A stretch of DNA of 64,000 bases from Elusimicrobia bacterium CG1_02_56_21 (GCA_001871115.1 MNUR01000085.1:22060-86059); one strand, 5' to 3'; positions 7,543 through 17,627 are shown, counted from the stretch's first letter. Numbers and translations: made by a program. The notes: a model not told the origin generated them from the letters alone.

Positions 7543-9297
7543 TCAGGGCTTATCAACCTTGGAGAAATCCATATAACCGTTGCTGTAGTACAGCCAGTTG
7601 TCGGACTGCGTACCGGTGATGCCCTTGCGGAAGGCCATGAATTTATTGGCAGAGTACAGCAGGATGAACGGCGCGTCCTCCGCGTATATCTCATCCATCC
7701 GTGCGAACAGCTTTTCCCGTTTATCGGCGGGCGTAAGCAGGGTCTCCTCGCATAGCTTGTCTATCTCCTTGCTGGAATACCCGGTGTACTTGGACATGGG
7801 CCCTTCGCTATAGAGCATAACATACGCGTAATTGTAATTATCCGGGTAAGCCGGCGCATAGCTGGTCCAGTTCAATGGCATCTGGAGCGCCAGATTTTCA
7901 CCGTTGGCTATAAAATCCTCCAGCGTACGCGGGGCAGGCTTCAGGACGAACCTGGGGTTTATTTTAGCGAATGCCTCGGCTACCTTTTCCCAGAGCTGCT
8001 GGCTGAGATCGTCGCCCTGCACGAAAGGGACACTGAGTTCGAACCCGGACTCCCAAAGCTTGCCGCCGAACGCTTTCTTAAAATGCTGCTCCGCCTTGGC
8101 GTGGTTATAAACATAAGGAGACACGGCCGGCGCTCCGGGGCGCGGTATGGGGCTGGTAATGCGCTGGGCCTTGTAGCGCGCCACCTCCAGCAGGATCTTT
8201 TCATAATCCAGGGAGTACGCGAATGCCTTGCGCACGTCTTTATCCGAGAAGAAATCGGCAGGGATCCCCTTGCCGTCCAGCTTGCCGCTGCCGATGAACG
8301 GATTATCCTTCGGGGCTACCTTGAACTTGTAAATAAAAACCGTTACGGCCTGGCTGGCAGGGCCTTCCTTGACGGTGAGATTCTTCATGTCGGCGAGGTC
8401 GTTCAGACAGGAACGGGAAAGGTCGGCGTAATCCACATCCCCCATCTCCAGCATGGAGAGCCGCGTGGTCTCCTTTTCCATCGGGGTGAAAATCAGGCGT
8501 TCCAGTTTGGCCCGCGCTCCCCAATAGTCCTCGTTCTTAACAAGCGTCACGCGTCCCGTCTTCTGGTCTACGGTATCCAGCCTGAATGGCCCTGTACCGT
8601 TGGCCTTGGCCCGAAGCCCCGACTTATTGGCTTTTACTCCGAAGTGTTTCTTCCACGTAGCTTGAGTCCCGTCCCATTCACCGTTGGCGGCTGCCCAGGC
8701 CCGGGAGATAATCATCGGCTTTGACGCCAGCAAAGACAGGAAAGGCTGGTAGGGTTCTTTGAGCGTGATTACAAGCTTGTCTTCGTCCGCCTTTACAGCT
8801 TTGGCGATATCGGAGTAAGAGACAGCGAAAGCGCCGTCCTTGCCGCGTATGGAGTTGAGCCCCAGGATGGGTTTTACGAACAGGCTGTTGTCGCTGGTTA
8901 TAATGGCCCTCTGCAGGGAGTAGGCGGCTTCGCCGGCGGTAAGCGGCGTTCCGTCATGGAACTTTACGCCTTTACGAACAGGGAAAGTATAAGTTAGTCC
9001 GTCTTTGGAGAGCAGGCCGTTGTCCTTTGTGGGAACCTCGGTGCTGAGCACCGGCACAAAGCCGGAGTCCGGGGATTTGCCGGCAAAAGCTACGAGCGGC
9101 TCGTAAATATTGAGCGCGATCATAGAACCCTGGCGGTCCATGTCCCCGGAGGGGTCCAGGGTAAACGGAGCGGTTACGGTGGCCATCACAAAAGTCCCCC
9201 CAGCCGAAGCCGGGACCGAAGCCGCAAGAAGCAGGGCGGCTACCGCTAAGCTGCGGGCTATTACAAGGCTGCCGGAAAGAAAGTGTATTTTTTTCAT
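7543..9297 (-). CDS. ABC transporter substrate-binding protein, family 5 (peptide/nickel type). It is an orphan with no adjacent permease.
   Basis: Signal peptide and SBP_bac_5-like motifs (VKFHDGTPLTAGEAAYSLQRA). The ATG at 9297 is preceded by GAGGA. The longest ORF starts at 9312. Confidence 0.8.
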   Translation of the reverse strand: MKKIHFLSGSLVIARSLAVAALLLAASVPASAGGTFVMATVTAPFTLDPSGDMDRQGSMIALNIYEPLVAFAGKSPDSGFVPVLSTEVPTKDNGLLSKDGLTYTFPVRKGVKFHDGTPLTAGEAAYSLQRAIITSDNSLFVKPILGLNSIRGKDGAFAVSYSDIAKAVKADEDKLVITLKEPYQPFLSLLASKPMIISRAWAAANGEWDGTQATWKKHFGVKANKSGLRAKANGTGPFRLDTVDQKTGRVTLVKNEDYWGARAKLERLIFTPMEKETTRLSMLEMGDVDYADLSRSCLNDLADMKNLTVKEGPASQAVTVFIYKFKVAPKDNPFIGSGKLDGKGIPADFFSDKDVRKAFAYSLDYEKILLEVARYKAQRITSPIPRPGAPAVSPYVYNHAKAEQHFKKAFGGKLWESGFELSVPFVQGDDLSQQLWEKVAEAFAKINPRFVLKPAPRTLEDFIANGENLALQMPLNWTSYAPAYPDNYNYAYVMLYSEGPMSKYTGYSSKEIDKLCEETLLTPADKREKLFARMDEIYAEDAPFILLYSANKFMAFRKGITGTQSDNWLYYSNGYMDFSKVDKP

Positions 9298-9319
9298 ATA
9301 GTTTGTCCTCATGCAGACT

Positions 9320-10042
9320 TCAGCGCAGGCGCGACCCGTAAGCGTTATAGGTCAGCGTCAGAGGCTCATACTCACCGAATGAGTTGGGACCGCCGGACTG
9401 GGTGACTCCGAAGGTGATCTCCCCGTTGTAAAGCGTCTGCACGTCCTGGGCGTAAGCGTTGTTGAGAGTTTCATATACCGCGCTCCAGAAGAAAGCGCCG
9501 TTACGGTCGTATTTCCAGAGCTCGGCCCTGGCCTGGTTAGCCCTTTTAACTGTAAGAGCCACATAGATATTGTCCTGTTTATCCGCGGCCAGGGCCACGG
9601 GAGCGGCCCCGGGAGTGTCGCCGATAACTTCGCGGAGGAGGAAATTATCAAATGAATAATATATCAGCGAGAAGGAGCGCTCCTTCCCGGCCCTGGTGGC
9701 AGCCAGGATCACCAGCCCCCCGGAATGAGCCACCATGCCGACGGGTTTAAGGTCCGTACCTCTGTCGTAATTCCCCTGCCAGACCATATTCCCGTCCAGC
9801 CCCATCTTGGAAATATGCAGATATTCATTGCGGTTATTATACCGGCTGGAGACAAAATAAATATCGCCCCTGGCGTCCCTGGCCACTATCCTGGACTCCT
9901 GCGCCCATAAAACCGGGCTGAACAGGATAAGAGCGGCAAAAGAACAAAAGGCCAGGAGAACCGCTTTGACGGCATGACCGCCGCCGGGTTTAACCACGCC
10001 TCCGGGCAAGCCGGGATAATTTGTATGTTCTCTGGGTTTCAT
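9320..10042 (-). CDS. Secreted hypothetical protein, possibly beta-propeller-like
   Basis: 240-aa ORF with a hydrophobic signal/anchor (AVLLAFCSFAALILFSPVLWA). No confident family. Confidence 0.45.
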   Translation of the reverse strand: MKPREHTNYPGLPGGVVKPGGGHAVKAVLLAFCSFAALILFSPVLWAQESRIVARDARGDIYFVSSRYNNRNEYLHISKMGLDGNMVWQGNYDRGTDLKPVGMVAHSGGLVILAATRAGKERSFSLIYYSFDNFLLREVIGDTPGAAPVALAADKQDNIYVALTVKRANQARAELWKYDRNGAFFWSAVYETLNNAYAQDVQTLYNGEITFGVTQSGGPNSFGEYEPLTLTYNAYGSRLR

Positions 10043-10450
10043 AAATTATAGAGCGTCCTTGCTTGATATCCTGCAGTTTACCCGCGCGGCGAATACGCCG
10101 GCATTCCAAATATAATACATCTTAACAAATCAGAGCATTTGTGTGACGGTCTGTCGGAATAGGCTGCTGCTTACGTTCAAGGTTCAAGCACATTGACCGC
10201 TTAAATAGCGGCGTAATATGATAAAATCCTCCTCGGGTAAGCTTAAGGTGGAGAAATGGCAAAGGCCGGGGAGCGGCGCGCGCTGAAGGAATTGCTGGGA
10301 CGCGGCAGGGACTCAGTTGAAGTAATACGGAAGTTGCCTGCCGCATTTACCATACCCCTTGCGCCGCTGTGACCCGGCTACTATACTAAACGTGTTCCAC
10401 GCGCCGCCCGGCAGGATAAGCTGTTTTAATTCCCAAGGAGAAGACATTGC

Positions 10451-11119
10451 ATGCTTACACTTCTCGTAATATTCATAGTCCTGGCCCTGGCCGGGACTGG
10501 TTTGACCTATGTGGGGTTGCGCGGCCTGCTGAGCAGGCGCGTAACTATCTATTCGGGAAGATGGCTGTTGGCCCTTATCGCCCTGTGCTTCCTGCCGCAG
10601 CTCATAAACGGCCTTAAACTGCTGGGCTCAGCCACCTCGCTGGCTATAATAAACATCATACTGTACCTGGGCATAATCCTTGTCTTCTGGCTAGTCACCA
10701 AAGGCCATATCCTTTTCGGAGTTTCTGAGGAAACGGCCACGGAAGCGTTAAAAGCCGCGCTGGACAAACTGGGCGTCAAACACGAGCAGCTGCTGGGCTC
10801 CGTTAAGCTGGAGGACGGCGGTATCTTCCAGGTGTCCATACAGGACTGGGTAGGAACCATGCAGCTAAAACCCAAAAATCCCGCGGCGTACCTGAGGTCG
10901 GCCCAGCTCGTAGCCGCGCTTGCCGAGCATTTTTCCGCCTCTACCGCCCCGGTGCGCTTCATGCCGTACTGGATCTACGCTTTCTGCGGCGGTTTACTGC
11001 TGGCCTCGCTGCTGTTCCTGGCCGCCCTGGTAGTGAAACACCCCGGCCACAGGACCCCGCAGCAGCCAAAGCCAAACGCTACCGCCTGCGCACAACAGCA
11101 GCCAGCGCCGCCGCTATAG
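10451..11119 (+). CDS. Hypothetical membrane protein
   Basis: 222-aa ORF with about 4 TM helices flanking a soluble central segment. GGAGAAG Shine-Dalgarno upstream. Confidence 0.5.
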   Translation: MLTLLVIFIVLALAGTGLTYVGLRGLLSRRVTIYSGRWLLALIALCFLPQLINGLKLLGSATSLAIINIILYLGIILVFWLVTKGHILFGVSEETATEALKAALDKLGVKHEQLLGSVKLEDGGIFQVSIQDWVGTMQLKPKNPAAYLRSAQLVAALAEHFSASTAPVRFMPYWIYAFCGGLLLASLLFLAALVVKHPGHRTPQQPKPNATACAQQQPAPPL

Positions 11120-11149
11120 CGATAGCCGCCTGAACCCGGCAATTATGTT

Positions 11150-11857
11150 ATGTGTCTCCCTATCAGGTGCTTAGGAAAATACTTCCGTTTCCTGTTTGCC
11201 GCGCTGCTGGCGGCCGGCCTGGGCATGGCCTTAATTCACATGGCGCAGAAGCCCGGCAGTATTATAAATCCCCCTGCCGCGCCATTAGCCGCCGCGCCAG
11301 AAACGCCGCCCTTTACGGCCGCGAGCAAAACGCTGCCCGCCCCGGCCGCCCCGGCCATACAACCGCTCGGCAGAAGCCTTGAAGGGATCACCACCCGCTA
11401 CAGGAATATTAAACCCAGCTGGATAGAGCCCATAATCTCGGGGCCCCTCGAGGGCGGGACCGTAAGAAAATATACCACCGGCTCCGGCACCGACGACCTG
11501 TACACCCTGGGCGGCGAAGTATACCGCCGGGTAATGTCCTTCCGGCTGGCCGAAATACTGGAACAGGTGGAGGGAACGCACGCCAATTTTTCCGGGCTGG
11601 TTTTCACCTACGGGCTTTACCCTAGCGCCTTCGATAAAGAATATGACGCCTCGGCCATACCGCCCGAGGTAAAGAAGCTGGCAGACGCCTACGGCGAAAA
11701 ATGCGGCGCGCTTGCCGAACCCGGCGCCCGCACAGCGGAACACCGCGAAACGCACGGCGGCTACGTTTTCTACTGCACCAACAGGGACACCACCAGGCTT
11801 ATCTACGGCGTCTGCTCCGAAGGCCTGCTAGCTGCCGGGACCGCAGCCGCAAAATAG
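11150..11857 (+). CDS. Hypothetical membrane-anchored or secreted protein
   Basis: 235-aa ORF with an N-terminal hydrophobic segment (FRFLFAALLAAGLGMALIHMA) and a Pro/Ala-rich linker. Confidence 0.45.
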   Translation: MCLPIRCLGKYFRFLFAALLAAGLGMALIHMAQKPGSIINPPAAPLAAAPETPPFTAASKTLPAPAAPAIQPLGRSLEGITTRYRNIKPSWIEPIISGPLEGGTVRKYTTGSGTDDLYTLGGEVYRRVMSFRLAEILEQVEGTHANFSGLVFTYGLYPSAFDKEYDASAIPPEVKKLADAYGEKCGALAEPGARTAEHRETHGGYVFYCTNRDTTRLIYGVCSEGLLAAGTAAAK

Positions 11858-11882
11858 CCAGCGCGCCCCCTTTCCCAAAACA

Positions 11883-11908
11883 AAACCGCCGGGGAGTCCC
11901 GGCGGTTT
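11883..11908. terminator. Bidirectional rho-independent terminator between convergent genes
   Basis: aaaccgccggg-gagt-cccggcggttt, flanked by an A-run on the left and a T-run on the right. Confidence 0.6.
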
Positions 11909-11954
11909 GACGCGACTTGGCGGATAATCAAATAGTCAACAGCGATTCTTAGCC

Positions 11955-14900
11955 CTACGCCTTACCGGCTGCAATTAAGTTGTGTGTCACCTTATCAACA
12001 TAAGCCAATAACCCTTTAGCAGGCTTTTTGTATACTTCCGCTATTATGGAGAGGTAGTTCTTCATCTGGGCGGTGTGCTTGGCGGTGTTTTCCTGGCCGG
12101 TTTTGAAGTCGATGACGGTGACGGAGGCAGGGTCTACGAGGACGCGGTCCATGCGGAAGAGGGAGCCGGTTTTGTCTATAAATTCGGCTTCTGTCAAGAC
12201 TTCGCGGCCCGGCGCGGTGTCAAATAAAGGGGCGGCGGCGGGGCTTTGCAGGAAAGACAGCAGGCCGCCAACCACCTTGGCTTTATCGAACTTGAAAGGG
12301 AAACCGGGGGCGAGGTCTTCGTAGGCGGCTTCGAGGGCCGGCTGCAGACCGGCAGGGAGTTCTATGAAGCGGGCCAGGATATTGTGAACCAGTTCCCCCT
12401 CGGCGGTCCCGAAGAAACTGTTATAGGTAGGCTTCTGGGCTTCGAAGCGCCGCTCGGGGCGGGCTTCGCCCGAGATTATTTTTACCGGGGCCGAAGGCTT
12501 GCGGCGCCCGGGCTTACGGGCGGCGGGCCTGCCCTGCTCATATTTCTCGAATAGATCCAGGAGTTTGGCTGTTTTGGCTTCGCTCTTGCGGGCTTTGCGG
12601 AGAATCAAATTGTAAAGCTCGTGCCTGGCGCGGGTGCTCACCACATAGAGCAAGTTCAGGTCCTGCACATTGGAATCTGTCTTATAGTTTTTATATACGC
12701 ACCCCAGATTAACACAATTCTCGGCCGCGGCTTTGGTGATGTGATAAACATTAATAGCGCCGTCTTTTTCCTCAAAATACATAGGGTCGCTTTGCCCCTT
12801 CTCTTCGTACATCAAATTTATCACCACCGAAAACCCCAGGCCCTTGCTCTTGTGGAAAGTCATTACCCGCACCGCGTCTATATACTCGGGCAGGGCTATG
12901 GTAAAAACCTTAGCTTTATCCTCGTCGGCGCCGGAGGCGTACTCAATAAATGAGCGCGGGCTGGCAACGCCCCCGGCCTCCAGAGTGCAGGCAGCGTCAA
13001 GGAAGCGGGAAAGGAAAGCCGACTCCTCGGGGAAATTCTCGAACAGCTCGAACTTGGCGTAGACCAGAGAGACCAGCTCGTAGAGCGGAAGATAGCCCAC
13101 TTTGCGGAAACTATCGTTAAGATAATCCTCCCAGTAAGCGCCGTACTTGGGATGATTGCGGAATTCGGCGTAAAGCAGGGCGCTCCGGTCTTTAGCGCGG
13201 GCCTCTAAGATAAATGCGTTCACCTCGGCGCGTTCTAGGCCGGTAAGCCTGTTGAAAATGTCACCGGCAATGAAATCAGCGAAAGAAAGATCGTCCGAAG
13301 GGGTTTCCAGGAACTTAAGGTAGCTCACCAGCTCGGCCACCACTTTGCGCTTACGGATATCCAGGGAACTAAGCGAAGCCACAGGGATCTTGGCCTCGGT
13401 CAGCCATTCCACCACCGGCTCTATGCGCTTATTCTTGCCCACTAAAATAGCTATCTCGCCCAGCGGGTAACGCTCCGCGGCGCTTTTAACCGCGTCCAGC
13501 AGCCATTCTTTCTGCCCGGCCGGGTCGGCCAGGTCTTCCAGCTCCAGAACTCCGGTCTTAACATAACCGTCTTTAACCCGGTCTGCCTGCACGCTCTGCT
13601 TATAGGTGGTCAGCTCGGTAATATCTTCGCCTATCAGGCCGGGAATATTCTTAAGCTTATCCTTGAAAATCCTGTCCACGTAGGCAAGAACCTCGCCATC
13701 CGAGCGGTAATTAACCGGCAGGTTCACGTATTTAAGCTCATTATCCAGCGATTCCAGGCTGATATTGGCGGCTTCTTCTTTTTTTCCCTCGGCTTTATCC
13801 AGCAGGTCCCGCATTATCTTGTAATCCGCGTTGCGGAACATATAAATAGCCTGTTTAATATCCCCCACCACGAACAGGGAACCGCTCCCGGAGAGACCTT
13901 CTTCCACCAGCGGGCGGATCACGTCCCATTGCAGGCGGTTGGTGTCCTGGAATTCGTCAATAAGGAAGTGGGAGATGCGCTCGCCTAGTTTTAGGTAGAC
14001 CTCAGGCACATTCTCTTCTTTAATGTAGGCCGCGAGCTTCTTGGCTATATCATTAATATGTATAACATCGGTCTTGCCGCGCTTTACTTTTTCAAGCTCG
14101 GTCTTGAAGAGGTCGTAGATGCCTACATAAGGATGATAATAAGCCACGGCGTTCAGCTCGGTCAGCTCTATCACCAGATCGCTTAAATGGGCTATGTCTT
14201 TTTCCCAGCCCGCGGGGAACTTGCCCTTCTTAACGCCGTTAAAAACGCCGAAGGTAAAACTGTAAGCGGCCAGGAAATCCGTTAAATTAGCGGCCTCTAT
14301 GGCTGCGGCGGCTTTCTCTTTAACGTATTCTTCCCCGAAATGTTTTATAAGGCTCTCTGTATGCTTTAGCGCGGCCTTGAACTTTACTTTGAGCAGGGCT
14401 TCATGGTCCCCGGGGGAACTTTTTATAAACCCGGTGGTTTTCCCTTCCTGGTTTAAAAAATTATTAAAATTATCTTTAACCCGCTGGGCCGGGTTCCACG
14501 GATAAGAGCCGGTCTTGGGCAAAACCGCCAGGAACTTATCCACCGTCCCGGCCGGCAGCTCGCTCTTGCCTATCTTCGAGAACATTGAATAAAGCGCCAG
14601 GTCTATAAGCACGTCATAGGCCATTGTGATCTCGGCTTTGAGGGGCAGTTTAAGCTCGTCTACGGAAGCGCTCATAATACGCGCCAGGAAGCTGTCTATG
14701 GTCTGTATATGGAAATCCGAATAGTTGGCTATTACCCGGTCTACAAGCTCGCCGGCGCGCTTATGGGCCTCTTCCCGGGAAAGGGAGACCAGTTGAAGGG
14801 TCTCGTCCATTTTCCGGCAGTTCTTATCCAGCGCCAGCTCTTTAAGCCAGGCCAGAATGCGGGCTTTCATTTCTTTAGCGGCGTTATTTGTAAAAGTGAC

Positions 14901-15080
14901 CGCTAGTATACCGGTAAGGTCGTTGCCGGGGACTTTCTCGGAAAGGAGGAACTGCACATAGCGCCGGGTGAGGGTATAGGTTTTGCCCGATCCTGCCGAG
15001 GCGCTTATTAAAAGGGCGTGCGGGAACTTAAGGGTTTTATCCCCCTCCAGCACAGGCCCGGCTTTTACGGTTTTCCCCAT
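11955..15080 (-). CDS. UvrD/Rep-family helicase fused to a C-terminal PD-(D/E)XK nuclease (AddA/RecB-like)
   Basis: Walker A SASAGSGKTYTL, motif DEFQDTN. C-terminal nuclease motif MDRVLVD...VIDFKTG...QMKNYLSII. Confidence 0.85.
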   Translation of the reverse strand: MGKTVKAGPVLEGDKTLKFPHALLISASAGSGKTYTLTRRYVQFLLSEKVPGNDLTGILAVTFTNNAAKEMKARILAWLKELALDKNCRKMDETLQLVSLSREEAHKRAGELVDRVIANYSDFHIQTIDSFLARIMSASVDELKLPLKAEITMAYDVLIDLALYSMFSKIGKSELPAGTVDKFLAVLPKTGSYPWNPAQRVKDNFNNFLNQEGKTTGFIKSSPGDHEALLKVKFKAALKHTESLIKHFGEEYVKEKAAAAIEAANLTDFLAAYSFTFGVFNGVKKGKFPAGWEKDIAHLSDLVIELTELNAVAYYHPYVGIYDLFKTELEKVKRGKTDVIHINDIAKKLAAYIKEENVPEVYLKLGERISHFLIDEFQDTNRLQWDVIRPLVEEGLSGSGSLFVVGDIKQAIYMFRNADYKIMRDLLDKAEGKKEEAANISLESLDNELKYVNLPVNYRSDGEVLAYVDRIFKDKLKNIPGLIGEDITELTTYKQSVQADRVKDGYVKTGVLELEDLADPAGQKEWLLDAVKSAAERYPLGEIAILVGKNKRIEPVVEWLTEAKIPVASLSSLDIRKRKVVAELVSYLKFLETPSDDLSFADFIAGDIFNRLTGLERAEVNAFILEARAKDRSALLYAEFRNHPKYGAYWEDYLNDSFRKVGYLPLYELVSLVYAKFELFENFPEESAFLSRFLDAACTLEAGGVASPRSFIEYASGADEDKAKVFTIALPEYIDAVRVMTFHKSKGLGFSVVINLMYEEKGQSDPMYFEEKDGAINVYHITKAAAENCVNLGCVYKNYKTDSNVQDLNLLYVVSTRARHELYNLILRKARKSEAKTAKLLDLFEKYEQGRPAARKPGRRKPSAPVKIISGEARPERRFEAQKPTYNSFFGTAEGELVHNILARFIELPAGLQPALEAAYEDLAPGFPFKFDKAKVVGGLLSFLQSPAAAPLFDTAPGREVLTEAEFIDKTGSLFRMDRVLVDPASVTVIDFKTGQENTAKHTAQMKNYLSIIAEVYKKPAKGLLAYVDKVTHNLIAAGKA

Positions 15081-15189
15081 TCTATATGTAATTATAAGAT
15101 ATTACCCCGCTAAGGGCATCGAGTTTAAAAAAAGAAGCGCTGCCTTGGCGACTTTTATATAATTGAGTAAGGAAAACAGGAAATCAACT

Positions 15190-15912
15190 ATGAAAAAACT
15201 ATTAAGCTGCGCTATTTTAATCTCTCTCGCTTCTTCCGCCATAGCGCAGGAGGCCCCCGCGCCTAAAAAGTGGAAAGACGCTTCCGAACTTTCATATGTT
15301 CAGACCTCAGGGAACTCCAAGACCTCCACCCTGGCCGCCAGGAATCTTTTCAATTACAACGGTGAAAAATCCGCGCTGGAAGTGGCCGCAGGCGGCCTGG
15401 GCACGGAAAGCGAAAAAGTAGTGACCGCTGAGCAGTACAACGCTTCTGCCAAGGTCAGCCAGAAGGTTTCGGATAAAAACTATACCTTCGAGAAGCTGGG
15501 CTGGGACAAGAACCGCTTTGCCGGTATCCTGGACCGCTATGACCTGGCTGTCGGTTTAGGCCGCAATTTGCTGGACCTGCCTAATGATAAACTTTCACTT
15601 GAGGCCGGCGGCGGTTATATCTTTGAAGACCGGATCGGCTCCAATAACCAGTCTTTCGGAACCTACCGCGGCTATGTCAGGTACACCCGCACGCTCTCAC
15701 CCACGGCCAATGCCGGCCAGAATTTTGAATATCTGGGCAATATGCAGGACGCCGGCGGCTACCGCATAACCTCAGAGACCTCGCTGATTTCCAATATCAA
15801 CAGCCATTTCTCACTTAAAACATCTTACCTCTGGAAATACGCAAACAGCCCCGCCGCGGGTTTCGACAAGACCGACACTATAACTGCGATGTCGATAATA
15901 GTTAATTATTAA
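15190..15912 (+). CDS. DUF481-family (YdiY-like) outer-membrane beta-barrel protein
   Basis: Signal peptide MKKLLSCAILISLASSAIAQ. SYVQTSGNSKTSTLAA is typical of DUF481. Alternating beta-strand pattern. The longest ORF starts at 15163. Confidence 0.65.
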   Translation: MKKLLSCAILISLASSAIAQEAPAPKKWKDASELSYVQTSGNSKTSTLAARNLFNYNGEKSALEVAAGGLGTESEKVVTAEQYNASAKVSQKVSDKNYTFEKLGWDKNRFAGILDRYDLAVGLGRNLLDLPNDKLSLEAGGGYIFEDRIGSNNQSFGTYRGYVRYTRTLSPTANAGQNFEYLGNMQDAGGYRITSETSLISNINSHFSLKTSYLWKYANSPAAGFDKTDTITAMSIIVNY

Positions 15913-15933
15913 GCCGGGGAAATAAAGGCGAAA

Positions 15934-16377
15934 ATGTTCAAGGACTTTAAACAGTTTATAATACGCGGCAATGTGGTGGACATGGCCGTCGGCGTAATAA
16001 TAGGCGCGGCCTTCGGCAAAATAGTGTCCTCACTGGTCAACGACATAATAATGCCGCCCATCGGGAAACTGCTTGGCGGGGTGGATTTCACCAACCTCTA
16101 CGTTAACCTCTCCGGCGGCATTTATCCCAGCCTGGCCGAGGCACAGAAAGCAGGGGCCGTAACTGTAAACTACGGGGTTTTCCTTAACACCGTAATCAGC
16201 TTCCTGATAGTGGGCGGCGCGCTATTTCTGATGATCAGCCAGATCGATAAGATAAAAAAGCGCTTCGAGGCGCCTGCCGCGGCCGCGGCGCCTGTCACCA
16301 AAGAATGCCCGCTCTGCCTTTCCACAATACCGCTTAAGGCCGTAAAATGCGCCCATTGCGCCTCGTCCCTTAGCTGA
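15934..16377 (+). CDS. mscL: Large-conductance mechanosensitive channel MscL with a C-terminal CxxC...CxxC extension
   Basis: MFKDFKQFIIRGNVVDMAVGVIIGAAFGKIVSSLVNDIIMPPIG is the canonical MscL N-terminus. The tail is KECPLCLSTIPLKAVKCAHCASSL. Confidence 0.95.
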   Translation: MFKDFKQFIIRGNVVDMAVGVIIGAAFGKIVSSLVNDIIMPPIGKLLGGVDFTNLYVNLSGGIYPSLAEAQKAGAVTVNYGVFLNTVISFLIVGGALFLMISQIDKIKKRFEAPAAAAAPVTKECPLCLSTIPLKAVKCAHCASSLS

Positions 16378-16401
16378 ACCGGAAGGCCGGGCGCAAAAAA
16401 C

Positions 16402-16432
16402 GAGAGCCCCCGAAAACGGGGGCTCTTCATTT
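16402..16432 (+). terminator. Rho-independent terminator of mscL
   Basis: agagccccc-gaaaac-gggggctct followed by tcattt. Confidence 0.7.
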
Positions 16433-16733
16433 GGCACAATGGCCGGTACTGCACAGCGCACACTGGGGGAGGCTGGAGACCAGAGACGCAAACCGCCCCG
16501 GGACCAGGCCACCCGCCGGACGGACCGCCGACCGGGCCCCGGGCAGCCGCAGCGCCCTGGGGGCGGACACGGACCGGGGAAAAAGCGCCGGGGCCGGGAC
16601 CGACCCGAAACCCGCCAACCGCACCGACGGCGCACCAAAAAGAACAAGACTACGTATCGAGTATAACAGCCGTTTCTTGACTTGTCAAGGGGGGCGGGGT
16701 CAAAGGAGAAAAATATTTCCGGCGGGCGCCGGT

Positions 16734-17585
16734 TTACCTGAGTGAAAAGCCGTCCAGCTTTATAAAGTTATAGCCGCGCCTGCGCAATTCGGGCACGGCC
16801 AGTTCCAGGGCTTCCCTGTTCGGCCATTCGGGATGGTTAAAATGCATTATGACCACGGCGCCGTGCCGGGCGCCTTTAAGAATATTGCGGCTCATCTTTT
16901 TAGCGGAGAAGCGGTTGGCGTCACCGGCCAGAATATCGTAGCTTACTACTTCCATGCCTATGCGCCCCGCCACCCTCAGCGAGAGCTCGTCGGTATAAGC
17001 CGTGGCGGAGCGGAAGAAAATAGGGCGGCGGCCGGTAAGTTCGTATATATAACGCGCGCCCAGTTCCATCTCGTCAATAACCCCGCCGAGGTCCCTGGTT
17101 GCGCGTACCCCGTATACGGTTTTGCCCTCAGTAGAGCAAAGGCGGTGCCTGAGGCCATGGTTCTCTATTTCAAAAAGCGGGTCCGCTGCCAGCTCCGCGA
17201 ACACTTCCTTGTTCTTCTCTATCCAGACCCCGGTCACAAAAAGAGTAGCCGGGATCTGCTCGCGGCGCAAATACTCTATCAGCTTCATATTGTAGCCGTC
17301 GCTGCGCCCCCCGCAGGCGTCGAAGGTGAAAGCCATAACTTTATGGTTCTCGTCCCCCGCTTTGTCCCTGGGCACCCTGGCATTCTTAACAAATTCGCTG
17401 AACCGGCCGGGGCCGGCTTTTTTAAACTCGCCCATTATGCGCTTCTTGAAAGCCAGGTATTCTTCAGTATAATAGGATTTAAAAACGTCGGACTTCTCTT
17501 TAACCGGAAGGGCCGCCGAGTAAGAAGCCAGCAGGCAAAGCGCGGCTGCGGCGGTAATCTTAAGTTTCGGCACGGTGATGCGCAT
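16734..17585 (-). CDS. Secreted polysaccharide deacetylase (NodB/CE4 family)
   Basis: Signal peptide. FTFDACGG...ATLFVTGVW...IENHGLRHR motifs. Confidence 0.8.
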   Translation of the reverse strand: MRITVPKLKITAAAALCLLASYSAALPVKEKSDVFKSYYTEEYLAFKKRIMGEFKKAGPGRFSEFVKNARVPRDKAGDENHKVMAFTFDACGGRSDGYNMKLIEYLRREQIPATLFVTGVWIEKNKEVFAELAADPLFEIENHGLRHRLCSTEGKTVYGVRATRDLGGVIDEMELGARYIYELTGRRPIFFRSATAYTDELSLRVAGRIGMEVVSYDILAGDANRFSAKKMSRNILKGARHGAVVIMHFNHPEWPNREALELAVPELRRRGYNFIKLDGFSLR

Positions 17586-17627
17586 AAATAATCAACCTGC
17601 TGAAGCGGGAGCGGCCGCCGAGCCGGG

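Noticed and set aside
16431-16745. The GC-rich spacer as a known structured RNA (RNase P RNA, tmRNA, SRP/4.5S RNA, 6S RNA)
   Set aside because: I looked for hallmark sequences: GGAAAGTCCGG for RNase P, the tRNA-like 3-prime end with CCA for tmRNA, and GGAAGGAAGCAGCC for SRP. None is present on either strand.
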